This document shows positions 23,808 to 36,200 of a stretch of 55,008 nt of DNA, one piece after another. The stretch covers positions 1-55,008 of the forward strand of contig JYFJ02002545.1 of the NCBI GenBank assembly GCA_000934665.2, read 5' to 3'. The position numbers and the translations under genes were made by a program. The stretch comes from Catajapyx aquilonaris (taxonomy: Eukaryota). Positions within the stretch are counted from its first letter, which is position 1. Every line of letters begins with the position of its first letter. Under the pieces are notes generated by a model that saw only the letters and a list, made by a program, of their open reading frames with translations, was not told the origin of the DNA and searched no databases.

Positions 23808-24583
23808 TGGGTTCATAACCTGGCGCAACCAAAGCACCAGTTTTCCTTACAAGCCAGGGTCAAAGGTGAATCGAGCAGCGTGCAAACGCCTGCCAGCCTT
23901 AAGGTCAAGCATCCGCGTCGAGGTCACCACGGCGTTTCATTTTTCCAGAAGCGCACCCTCTGGAGGAGGAGTGACGTGCCACCCTTGTATACATTCCCCC
24001 CCTCCTCCTGACCTCAAACACAACTTGGTTTACGAGCCCCACTTATCTACGCGCAAGTCTCCGCCCCCTCCAAATTAACAAAAAAAAGGACATGTGAATG
24101 AACCAGCATGTGAGTCCGGCGCTAATGCACAGTGTGTATGTGCACGGGCGTTGAAAGGCGACTTCTGGTTTTAATTTATCACCGGAATTGCCAGCTTGCA
24201 CGCACTATTGCCAACTATTTTAATTTGGCGCATACTGCCGCCCACTGGCAATGTCAATGCCACCGGGTTCATTTGCTGCCAATTGCTGTCTACGCATCCA
24301 GTTCAATTTCTAACAAACATGGACACCAATGATTAGGGCGGATTAAGGAAGAAAGGCGACTGATTAACACCACAATGTTTTAAAAATCCCGCCATACGCG
24401 TCGTAGTTCATACAAGTCCGCCAGATGGCAGATGTGCTCTTTCTAGCTTATTCCTCCCCCTTGATTAGTGTCCCCATCTGCCGGGTCGCATGGCAACTAC
24501 GTGCCCTTTTCTTTATCAATATAACGGTTGGAAGTAGGGCAAAAAACAAAGATTTGCGACAAGAGCAAAGTTTTGTGATGTAG

Positions 24584-27500
24584 ATGGCAGGCGAGCAGAG
24601 TTCGCCTCCTCAGCAGCACCACGAGGTCCAGACCACCAGGAGACAGTCGCCACCACCGTCGCCTGTTGTCGTCCCCGCCCAGCCGGAAGGAAACCACGCC
24701 CCAGACCACGCCCTTGGACACGCCCCTTTTTATACTGACCACGACTTCAGGGGTCAGCACATGGAGAACGGGCAGGCCGACCCGGAGGCAGGGCCCAGGG
24801 GCGGCCCTCAGCAGCATCCCAAGACAGGATGCGGGTCAGAGCCGCTCCTCTCAAAGCTCATCATCGACTTCATTTGCCTCCTGATTGGTACGTAACATGC
24901 GGAAAGATCTTCAAGGTCGCTGTTTTATCTCTGTTATTTTGGCAAGCATGACTGGACCACGTGATTACAAGCGGGCCAAATATATATAGATCGAGCACTT
25001 CAATGTTGGTACGTCCGGTACAGTGTGGGAAGGAATGTTGCACGTGGGATTTGCTCATTGTGGCAATAATGTGGATAAGACATGAAATGAATGGCATTAT
25101 TTTCAGTTTCGCGTTCAAGTTCCTATAGCTATTGATCCGAACAATCGGTTTTTTAAATGGCATTGACATGCCGGATGTGCCAGTTATGTCATAATCATAC
25201 TGGACAAAGTTTGCGATCAAATTTCCTCACGTTATCTAGAGCGCGCGCCTGATAACAAACCATTGATTATTATAGGGATGATCACGTTCACTGATTCTTG
25301 ACACTTGTTTTGTATGGAAGTGTGACTCAGGCATATCCTGACATGTTATTAGTATGCATGGGAACGTGATTCGGTCGGAAGTTAACGCCGGTTTTGATGA
25401 ATGGACAGCATGTATTGAGATTAGCACAAAAAGCGGAGAAGCAGGCCAGGGTTGCACTGATGTTAATTAAACGGCTAACTTGGTCCAATATAATGAGGTC
25501 GATGTACCCATTAACACCGTTTCGGAAATAGCTTCCGACATACTCAGCAGACTAATTTTTAAAATCCTGTACTTACATCAGTTTAAAAAAAAAACTTGTT
25601 CAGGCGATACAGTGAAAGTGGTTTTGCTCGATAGGTTCAAACGACATTTTTACAACACTTTATACACATTTAACGAGGTTTTTTCATACGCCTGGCTTGG
25701 CAAGTCGGCTATCAATGCGCGAACTATTTCATTTTTTTATTATTTTATTTTGGCTTCCAGCTGAGCTCCCGGTCAAGGAGAGTTCTAATCAGCTAATGAA
25801 CGGTCCTTGTACCTTGGACTGGCCACGTCAAACTATTCTGCGAAGCAAGACCCGTTAATTGTATAAACAATAGATTCTGGACGCGTCTGGGCAGGTTAAT
25901 TAATTCACGTCTGCATCGGATAATTGCTCCAAAGCCAAACCAATGCACAAATGGTCAACAACCATTGCATTCAGAGTGTTTCAAACTTGAAGAACAGGTT
26001 GAATGCAGTTTAGTACCGCACACAACAATGCAGTATTAAACATTTTTTTGCGGTTTCATATTTTTATGTTTATACGATCACCCTTGACGGCGGAATCTGT
26101 TTTTGTTTCAAGGACAGGATTCCCCTGATTTTTCTACTACAAGTTGGACGTTCACACGCATAAGGAAACCTGTTTATATGGCCACATGAATTCCTATATG
26201 CCGTGCAGCATCATACCGAAAGTCACGTGGATCTTCACTTGTATTCAAACTCACGTCGAGTCGAACAATAACCCCTTTCTTTTCACTTGAATTGTCAACA
26301 CCGCATTTTTGAGCAATACCCATGATGTCAACGGGTATTGTCGAGCCGTGTTTGACATTCAAAGGTGCGGTGTATGTTTTTGTGTGCGGAGATCCTTCCT
26401 GTTGGAGTTTTTTTTTTCCATCGTGGTCGAGCACTATCGATAGGGAAGCGAAGATAACTGCTTGATAAAAGCCGGAAGCAGTCCTTTTTGGGGTGCAGGG
26501 AATCGGAACAAAAAGGTCCGCGTTGCAGAACGGGATATCTCCATAACAATGGGGTATGGGAATGACAACCGTGGGATTTATCAATCAAACTTGCATGATG
26601 ATGGTGTGTGCACATAGGAAGGTACAGAGGTACAGAGAGAGAGAGAGGAATATGTCCGGTTGCAGTGTGCTTGCCCCTCTGCGTGATTGACCGGGTGTTA
26701 AGTCCACGTGAATTGGGCTTCTTTTGCGACGACATGTCCATCAGGATGCCCTTCAAACAGGCCTCATTGTCGTCCAAGGCAGTGGCAGGCCTCGGACTAG
26801 CACTGCCTATCATTGCGGTAAACACCTGAAACGACGATCAGATTAATATGGTGCACTGACCTATAAGTCCACATTGTAAGGATAATATTCTATAGCTTTC
26901 TGATGAAGTTGCTGGAGTAGACAGTTCATGTCTTCTAGATACGGAGACTATTAATAGGGCAGTGCACCACAGTGTGTAGTCTGTCATTCATGTATACATA
27001 TACTGCAGCTGTACAAGTCAGAAGCGAAACACCTGAAGTATTGTTATACCAACATCAGTTGAATGAACCATTGGATTTACTGGCGATCATGCAACGCACT
27101 CGAAAGGCACTTGCAGGATTGTTTTTGTTGCTGATTGGGCATATGGTATACTGTACATGAATGACAGTACTCATTACCGATAAGTAGATCCGAATGCAAT
27201 CCACATAGTTAAACAAAAAAAAACGTAGCTGTCTGATTTGTGACTAACACGTGCATCAAAACCTCAAGTAATTGGGCTTTCAACTTCACCAACTTTAATG
27301 GCATGTAGGATCACTTTGTAACGATAAAAATCTTAACATCCCGACTGAAAGCTGCGGGAAATGCTACTGAACGAAAATGAAAGATGTTTTTTTAGACCTA
27401 ATAAATAAAACATCATGGAGAGATTTTAATTCAGTTTTGATCTAAATGAAAGGAATGTAAGACATCTTGGAATATGACCAAGGCACGACGAACTTTCATT

Positions 27501-29274
27501 TTCGTCTGGTGACAATTCAAACTGGAAATGTCTCGTTTACTGGGCGTTGTCATTCGGACGTTTAAGTGCGTTTTTATCTGTGAATAGTGACGTGAAGCAC
27601 GAGGCCGTTAAGTCACAGTCGTAATATGAAATCTCGTTGTATAGCTAAGGGTGCCTTCGGATCAAAGTTGCTGTTATACCAAGGAAATGCCGTACTTCCA
27701 GGATATAGATTGCTTATCATTGTCGCAATTACCTGCCGGATTGAAGTACTGCATTTCTGATGAGTAAAATGCTGAAACCTGAGAAAAATCATGTGCCTCG
27801 ATTTGATCAAGTGCAGCAACGTACAGAGGCGCATGGTTATTCTTACACAATGCATGTGTTGGGGTTATATATACGGGGGTATGTTTCAGGTGAGTATATG
27901 TCTTGTTTGATTGGGGCACGTTGTACTTGGGCTGCATGGTTGGGTATTGCGTTTCAGTGTGGATCCCTGTGCTGATGCTGTTCCTGGTCGGTCAGCCGTA
28001 CGAGAGGGGCTATTTCTGCGACGACGAGACCATCAGGCATCCTTTCATCCCATCGACGATCCCCAACTGGCTGCTCTACCTGCTGGGCGGGGGGCTACCA
28101 CTTCTGGCGGTATACATTTCACCTAACCAAGTCCTTCAACAAAGATCCTCAACACCAAAAACTGACGTTTCGCAAACACTGGGGGTTGTTCATCACTCTT
28201 TTGGCTCTGACATGTTTGCTAAACGTCGCTTAACACTTAATGCATGTCTTGTGATGTACTTGTCTGGTTTAGAGGCCATCTTCCATGAGTGTTTCTGTTT
28301 CTGCAGATTGTGGTGATTGAGGCGGTGCACTGTCGGTCCAACCGGTCTAAGAAGAGAGCTGTTGCACGACACAGCTTCTTCAACCGTCAGGTATGACTTG
28401 GTACATTTCTATTGAAGATCTTGCCTCCATTGTATACTCTTGGTTCAAAACAAGTCGATTGACTGTGCCGCGGTAGACGACCAGCCCCTAGACACATTGC
28501 CTTAGTTGAAAAGTATTCCGCATTCTTGTAGGTCCATCCGTACCTCTGGGAGTGCTACCATGCCATCGGAGTGTTCGGATTCGGCGCAGGATGTTCCCAG
28601 CTGCTGACGGACATTGCGAAGTATGGCATCGGCAGACTGCGACCGCATTTCATCGACGTGTGCCAGCCGAATGTCGACTGTGATAGTAACAAGTGGAAGT
28701 ACATCGAAGATTTCACATGTCAGGGAAGCGACGTTGACAAAATCCACGATGCCAGGTATTTATCTACCACATGTATAAAGGCAGTATTATTTACATGGCA
28801 TTTTGATCCCTCTCAGGTTGTCGTTTCCTTCGGGTCATTCCTCTTTCTCTTTCTACACGATGGTGTATCTGGCGGTAAGTTCAGAGAGAGAACCCTGTGA
28901 AATATGACTTTTGTTTGAACAATGCCATTTTTTTTCTCGTGCAGCTGTACTTGCAGGCGAGACTGACTTGGGATGGGTCATGGCTTCTGCGTCCCCTGCT
29001 GCAAGTGCTGGCCGTTTGTCTGGCCTGGGGTACGGCCTTGTCCCGTGTGTCCGACTACAAGCATCACTGGTCCGATGTCCTGTCCGGTGGTGTCCTGGGA
29101 TCTCTGGTGGCTGTGCTGACTGGCCTGTACGTGTCCCGATTGTTCAAACCCAGAGGATCTCCACAGGTCAGGTTCAGGGACTCCATGACCTCAGAGGACG
29201 CCACACTGCCGCTGACCAATCGAGCCAACTCTGAAGCTGTTGGATACCAGAGCATACAGCATCCGAACAAGTAG
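24584..29274 (+). CDS. wun: Lipid phosphate phosphatase (PAP2/PLPP, wunen-like)
   Basis: Exons 24584-24887, alternative 26666-26817 or 27958-28109, 28307-28390, 28532-28755, 28817-28874, 28945-29274. Intact catalytic motifs KYGIGRLRP, PSGH, SRVSDYKHHWSD. Confidence 0.93.
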
Positions 29275-30283
29275 ACAGTGCAAGTGAAAAAGGACACAGT
29301 GACATTTATTTTATGCTAAAAAAAATAGGTAGACTGTATTAGTGGCGATTTTGGGTTACATTTGTTGTAGTGTTATCGCCGCTGTTTGCAGCTCGTGTGC
29401 CATTCGGGCATTGACGTCTCCTGCTGCCCAATCTTTCCATTGGACCTTTCCATTTATTTTTATTCACATTGTCTCTGCAGGATTCCAAAACGCTGATGTG
29501 TCTAACCTGTAATGTTTTAAAAACGCCTCAATACAAAAACTTGAGCTGGAAATTCCCTCAGCCATTTTTCAGTTTCTTAATCTTTCTATATGATTGCCTG
29601 CCCGAAACCGGATATGGGTTCGGTATTTTGTAATGATCCTGCCGGAGCTATCACTATCGCACCAATCCAACCACGGATTTTTTTAAAAACATTAATCAGA
29701 TCTCCAAAATATGCCCTGGACATAACTTATCAATGGGGTAACTTGTTAACCTAACATTTTAGTGTTGCTGCAATGCTGCTAGTTGTTATCGATAATTGCC
29801 TGGTTGAACCACAAAAGGTGCAGCCTCTGAAATATTCAATCCGCAGCTGGCAGATCATTTAAATCAGTGTTGAGGTAGGAAGGAAAGCCTTTTTTTTCCA
29901 GGTGTCCTCAGGGTTTATTGAATCTGGTGACCCGATCTCTTCTTGGGTATTAGGGTCGATCAGCTGATTGGAGGCAGGTGGCGCTGGGGGCTCCTTTTTC
30001 CCTGCTGGCAACAGGTGAGTGGGAAAGCAGAGGACCACCGAAGCATGGCAACAATTATATTTCCAAGAGTGAGAAGGCTCTCCGAGTATGGAGAGGCAGT
30101 GCAGCAGGTTGTATGTAGGTGGTAGAGAGGAGGGGGGGTTTGAAGAGTGGAGGAAGTGACGTGGGCCAATGGTGGAGGGTTAGTTGGGCGAGTGTCGAGG
30201 TGGCTGCTGCAACCTCTCCTCAACAACCCTCCTCCCATGGCTGCCAACGTTTAGACTCGGGCGCGGCCCACCGAAAGAGAAGG

Positions 30284-33200
30284 ATGTACCCAGGTGTGGG
30301 CCACCCCGGGGCCAACGGAAGCAGCAGCAGCAGCAATCCGTACGAGAGCCTGTGCCTCCGATGCGGTCGGACAGTGTACCAGGTGGACCGTGTGGGGCCC
30401 TTGAAGGACCTGGCCTTCTTCCACACTGGATGCTTCAAGTGCGCCGTCTGCGGTACCAGGCTCACCCTCAGGACCTACCTGCACTCGCAGCACGACCAGG
30501 ATGACAAGGAAGTGTATTGCGCGTCTCACGTGCCCAGGGTCGGCCCCGCCAAGTTGGACGGATCCGCAGTCGGAATAAGAAGCGCCCTGGCCGCCCCCAA
30601 ATCCGGGCCATACGTCAACGAGCAAATCCGGGCAGGCGGAGGGAAAGGAACCTTCGACGCCCATGCACTCAACATACGGCCACACCTACAGGTACGTTCA
30701 AATGGCCGCCAAGGGCAACAGGTGGAAATTCTGACATGTAGTAGCTATATATAGGTGCTGTACTTTTTCGATGAAGCCTCCTGGTGTCGTACTGGTGGAG
30801 CCACTAGCCGAAGGCGGCTAAAAAGCGAATAGTATGACCGTCTTCACGTGATCATTTTAAACGGGGTTTAGAAAAGCCCTCGTTTCGCTCGTCGCATTAT
30901 GCCTGCGGTTAGCGAAACAGTCGCTTCGCTCACGTTTTTCTAGTTAAAAATGATCCAAGTGACGGAGGGCATCAATTTGCTCTTTTGCAGCCATTGGTTC
31001 GTGGCGCCACCAGTACGACACCATTAAATGTCCAGCTTCCGTATACTCATTAGCCCTTCGCGCATACAAATCCAATTTGACAAAACAGCATGCGGAAACT
31101 CCTCTCATTAGTGATTGGAGGATCTTGCTGTTGTGCTTCCTTCCTGTCGATAGGCAGTCAGACATGGAGGTAAAGGTTTATTTTTTATTTTTTATACCAC
31201 GTTGAAGGCATGAGTGCTCATGGCGGTATTGCCTTAAAAAAAAGAGCATCTACTGCGTCCCTGCACATCAGGTCACGCGTGAGTCGCTTCGTGCATGCAG
31301 CAACGCCGATTCGTACATGGGTGCGCTTCCAGAGGAATGTAGTGGATTTTACAATTGTCTGGAATCCCCCCCAAAAAATGTATACGTGTGTGGATCAGTA
31401 CAGCATTTTCTTCCGGAAGTAGCAATTGACGTCAACAGCACCCATTGGCGCACAGTGTGACCGCGCGGGTCCTCTGGCACAAAAAAGAAGTGGGACGGCA
31501 GCAATTGAGGTAGAACAACCATCCAGCACCAGCAGGAGGCTTACGGTAGAAGCCAGTTTAAAAAAAAAGTTATGAAGTTTTTGACATCTGCGGTGCTGCT
31601 GCCAGAAAGAATTTTTCTGGCCATGGACTTGTGAGTAAGGAGGCTGGTTGAAGAGCAGCACAGCCGGGCAGGCATTCCAGAGCACAGTTGGCTGCATATA
31701 CAGCCAGAGAAGCGGTTGCAGAAGAAGAAGAAGAAGAGGCTACCACCACCCACCCACCACCCTTGACAAGAACAGTACCGGTACACTGCATTATACAGGT
31801 GGAAAAAGATGGATGGGTCAGGCGGCAGAGCCAGTTTCCCTACCCAGCAAGTTGCTTCTGCCTTCGCATAACTGTACTACACCAAACACTATGCACTGGT
31901 AGCAACAACCGACGTTGCAAAATATGGAGAGAGAGATTCGGGTTTAATCCCCATCGCAATTAAAATATCTTCATTTCTGCCATTTACCAACAATCTGTAT
32001 ACTGTACTTACAAACGGGAAAGTTTGTTGGTGTGTATCTTTGTCCGGGCTATCTAACCCACTTATAGACTACTAGGAGCACTGAAACTCAAAAATGTGCA
32101 GTTTTTGGACTTTTCCCTAGACATGGGTGTGCCAACTCAGTAGTCCGGAAGTGGGTTAGGTAGCCCGGACATACATAGGAATGGACAAACTTTCTGCTTC
32201 AAATAGTATGTAATATTTATCAATCCCGTTGCGAAGAACGGGTCCCCTGCTAGTCATACACAAGAGTAATTTACATGTACATGCCTAACGCAGCAAGGCA
32301 ATATTTTCAGAGAACAAAAAGAACTGACCTCAAGCGACTTTTATGACGAAATCTGCCGCGCTTGATGTTACCCGTGGAATTTTTTTGTTATTAAGGTTTC
32401 AGGTTTTTCCGCCAAAAACCTGAGGCCATCATCAGAAGTTGATTACCTGCCCACGACCAGAAGGCGAAATATTCACTTGGGACTCGTGCCGCTCGTGTTT
32501 TTTTGGGGGGCAGGAAAGAAAAAAAATACATTATTCACTAACAGTACATCGTAAGTGTGAAGCTTTGTCCCTTGCCTTTTCGACAAGCTCTGGCAGCTTT
32601 GAAATGAGTTCCGCTGGATGACTATTGCGTCATGTCCATTCTGACAGCAAATGACAACAATGTGTCATCCCCACAGGGTAACTGTGACCACATGCGATGA
32701 CAATCTGTGCTCTTGTAAAAAAAAATTATAAAATAACTGGCAGCACTTTGGGATAGTACTTACATAACTGATATGGAACCCGGCTGTAAAACCGTTGCAC
32801 AAAGGTAACAATTAAATGTGGAAGGGTGGGGGTGGGAAATTATGCTATCAACACATCTGATAACTGCAGGGTGGTACGTGCCGTATTGTATGTTTTGTTA
32901 ATTATTTTTTTTCTCTGAAACAACAAGTGCTCGGTACAAGTGCTACACAAAATGATTGTCTGACGGGAAGTTTCCGGTGGCAAACTTTAAGCTGCATGAA
33001 CGGTCATTCCGATTTAATGCGGCTGTAAAAACGTGCGAATTTTAACCCCCCTTTTAACGAAACCTATAAATTTGACACCTACTTGTAACCCAGTCCTTGG
33101 CCTATAAATAAACCAACGTTGCATCACACTGTACAGTTAACGTTACATTTAGACACCCTTGTGGAATGGGCGGTGTTTTTCTTTGCCTCGTAACCACTGG

Positions 33201-36200
33201 AAGATAAGTAATTAGTTGCACATCCTTATGACTGGTTTCAGGGGCATGTGCAGTAAAACTTGAAACCAGGAAGGGGACAAGTGTTTGTCTCAAGGAGTCC
33301 ATTTGTTGCAAGTGTCATGAAAGCACGAGGCGTCATTTTCATACAGGTTCATAGTTGTGCATGAACCAATTTCTGGATGGAAAACATCGCAACAACATCG
33401 CGTGTCCCGTGTACAGGATGAGACAGATAACATGAAGAGGACTGCAGTACAGTTTATGCCACACACAGTGGTCAGGACATGAGCCAGCTGCTCGAATGTT
33501 GATGTAGGTTATGCACAAAGTAAGTCAATGGATGGGACGTCTATTGTCAATTTTTTTTAAAAAGGACCAGATGGCTCAAGGCCAAGTAACCTATAAATAA
33601 AATGGACTTTGATACAGTTTAACACATCGTCCGAAGCACCTGCACAGCGTGAGCTCGTTAAAAAAAAAAGGTAGCAGCATATAAATGACAATGCCACGGT
33701 TCCTAATCATGACCTGCAGTATAATAATTCTACTGTGATGCTGGCAAAACTAATAATGTGCATATCAAATGTCCTAATTTTCGGGACACTTCCCAAGCTT
33801 TGAGTGCACGACTCGCTCTATTATTTTAAAACTGCACTTTGCACATCCGCCTTTTAAGAACTGCAGTGTATACCGTTGCATTCGATGCAAAAAAATTGTG
33901 CAGTTACTTTCTTCCCAGGAATTTGAATCAATCAGTAGCGATTGAATAATTATAAAGAGTGCAATATTTTTATTCACCGAGACCAATGACACTCGAGTAC
34001 ATCATAAACACCGCCACTTTTTTCCCCCTCTCAAAACACCATCATGCACGCAACATGCCGGCTATTTTTCCTAACATCCTGTGTATAACATGTATAGAAT
34101 ATGACTCCCATTCTATTGTGATTCTGGCCGGAAAAAGTGCAGCAAGATTCCCGCCAAGCGGACGCTTGACAACTAACGACTTTTGACATCAATTTGCATG
34201 CAACCTGCACGCGAATCTCTGGTGGTGGACAAACTCGGAGCCGGTTTTTTTGTGTGTATAGTGTATATATTTCCAGCGCATATATTGTGAAAGATTATGG
34301 GGGCCACTTAAACTGTTAAGCTTTACGGTATAACCGACCTTTCTTCCGTGTTTTCCTTGCCTTATCGCAAAAGTACACGTAATGGTTTAAAATAATATAA
34401 GCATAACCCGGGCGGGGGTGTGTAATATGAGTAGTTAAATGTTGACCTTCCTGTTCGCGAAAAATTTCATATTGCAAAAGTTATGGTCATATTTTCCTCC
34501 TACAGTGGGGCAGGAGATGGGTGGAGGGTTGAATAATTATATGGGTGATGGATTGTGTGGGTGCAGGAAGAGGCGTGATAATAACCTGCATTCATTTCTT
34601 TTTTTTCAGGGATCGCCGACGTCGAATGGACATGTGCAAGGTAGCAACAACACGTCGTCGACAGTACCGTCGACGTACGTGGCCAACGAGCATCACTTTG
34701 GACGCTTCGATGCATCAGCATTGCACATCGCCCATGCTCTCAGGGCCACTGAAATACAGAGGGCTTACAAGAAGCCACGAGAGAAGCCCATACACGCCTA
34801 CCTGGTCAGTCACTCGCATACTGTACATGCTGTTAATTAATTAATTAATTTAATTAAGACCCATGCCCACTGGATTAAGTTCGTGTTACCTGCGGATTAT
34901 CTCTTTAGCGACATTTAAGGGTCGAAAGTGGGCCGATTTGGCTCCCATCATCCGATCCCGAAAAAGGTTGGCCATGCACAAAATTCATGACCTCCTACTA
35001 CCTACATGGAGAGCACTACAAAATGTGGGTGGGCGGTGACCTCTCCTTCTCATCCTCCTCCGCCAAATAATTTTCAGTCGTACCCCTTTCTTTATCTGAA
35101 GCCCACCATACGCCTACGGACTATCTCACAGGGGCAGTGTACACATACATCTGTATCTCGTCCCATTCCAGGGATTTTCTTGGCCTCTACAACACTCGTA
35201 ACACTTGCGTCACTCAGGTCGCTCGTACGGTTTCTTATCGGATTGCCCAATAAGCTCGAGCCTAGTATGGGAACATGCACTGCAACTTTCTTGGAAAAGC
35301 ATTTAAAAAAGAGAGAGAGAGATGACTAAATGATTCGGAATGTTATTTTTTTCATTCAAATATTGCTGGTGTAAGTCAGCATTACAGATTTATCCCTAGT
35401 AATTTGTACCACTATTTAAACATTTGAGCCATATTCAGATATGTGACAGGCTAAATTTTTGATGTTAGTCATAGATATTAAAGGCATTTAATATCTATGA
35501 GGTTAGTTAAAAAAAACCATACAGCAGGCTCTGAGCCTACCAAGTTATTTATATTAATAATTAGAATGTAGTTCACACACTCAAGTTTGAAAGAATGTTA
35601 CATACGTGATGTTGGAAAAATTCTTGTTAACATAACCCTAACGTTGTCTTTGCAGATTTGCAATAAGTAATCGGTAAAGTGAAAATGAGGCGAATGTTGC
35701 AATGAAGGAAAAAGTAGAAAAAAGGGCCAGCGGAGCGCACTGCTCGTACCAAACACAGCTTTGCCGTTATCTTCAGGTCGTAAAAAAAATTGTGCAAGTG
35801 CAATAGTTCAAATATGTAGCCTCCCGCATAGGCATTCTCTTTTAAAAAAATTAGTTTGGGACTGAAATCCGGGCCAAACGTTTTCATACCGAAGGAATTG
35901 AGTTCTTTTCGTCCGGTGAAAGCCCTTCCTGTTTTCATATACAAGAATCAGATCGTCCAGTTCAATTTCTCCCAACTGGATCTCTCAATTCCTAACCCCC
36001 CCCCCCCCCCAGCCCCTTTACACATCTTGTCACTGCAGCTCGATTGTCTGTGGCCTAATTATCCATCCAGTGAATACCTCAATTTAATGTTGCCCCATCC
36101 GTGCAAATATTACAAGTGAGATGTCAAACCCCTGCATGTTTTATCATATGACATTCAAAGCAGATGTCAGCATGTGCCCCAGTGCATATATCCTGACATG

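Noticed and set aside
26174..26600. Minus-strand ORFs or a third PLPP exon-2 copy
   Set aside because: No CDD motif or 152-nt phase-compatible exon found; ORFs lack domain features.
31480..31800. Possible alternative first exon of hillarin
   Set aside because: UTR-like composition only; weak donor and no convincing start codon.
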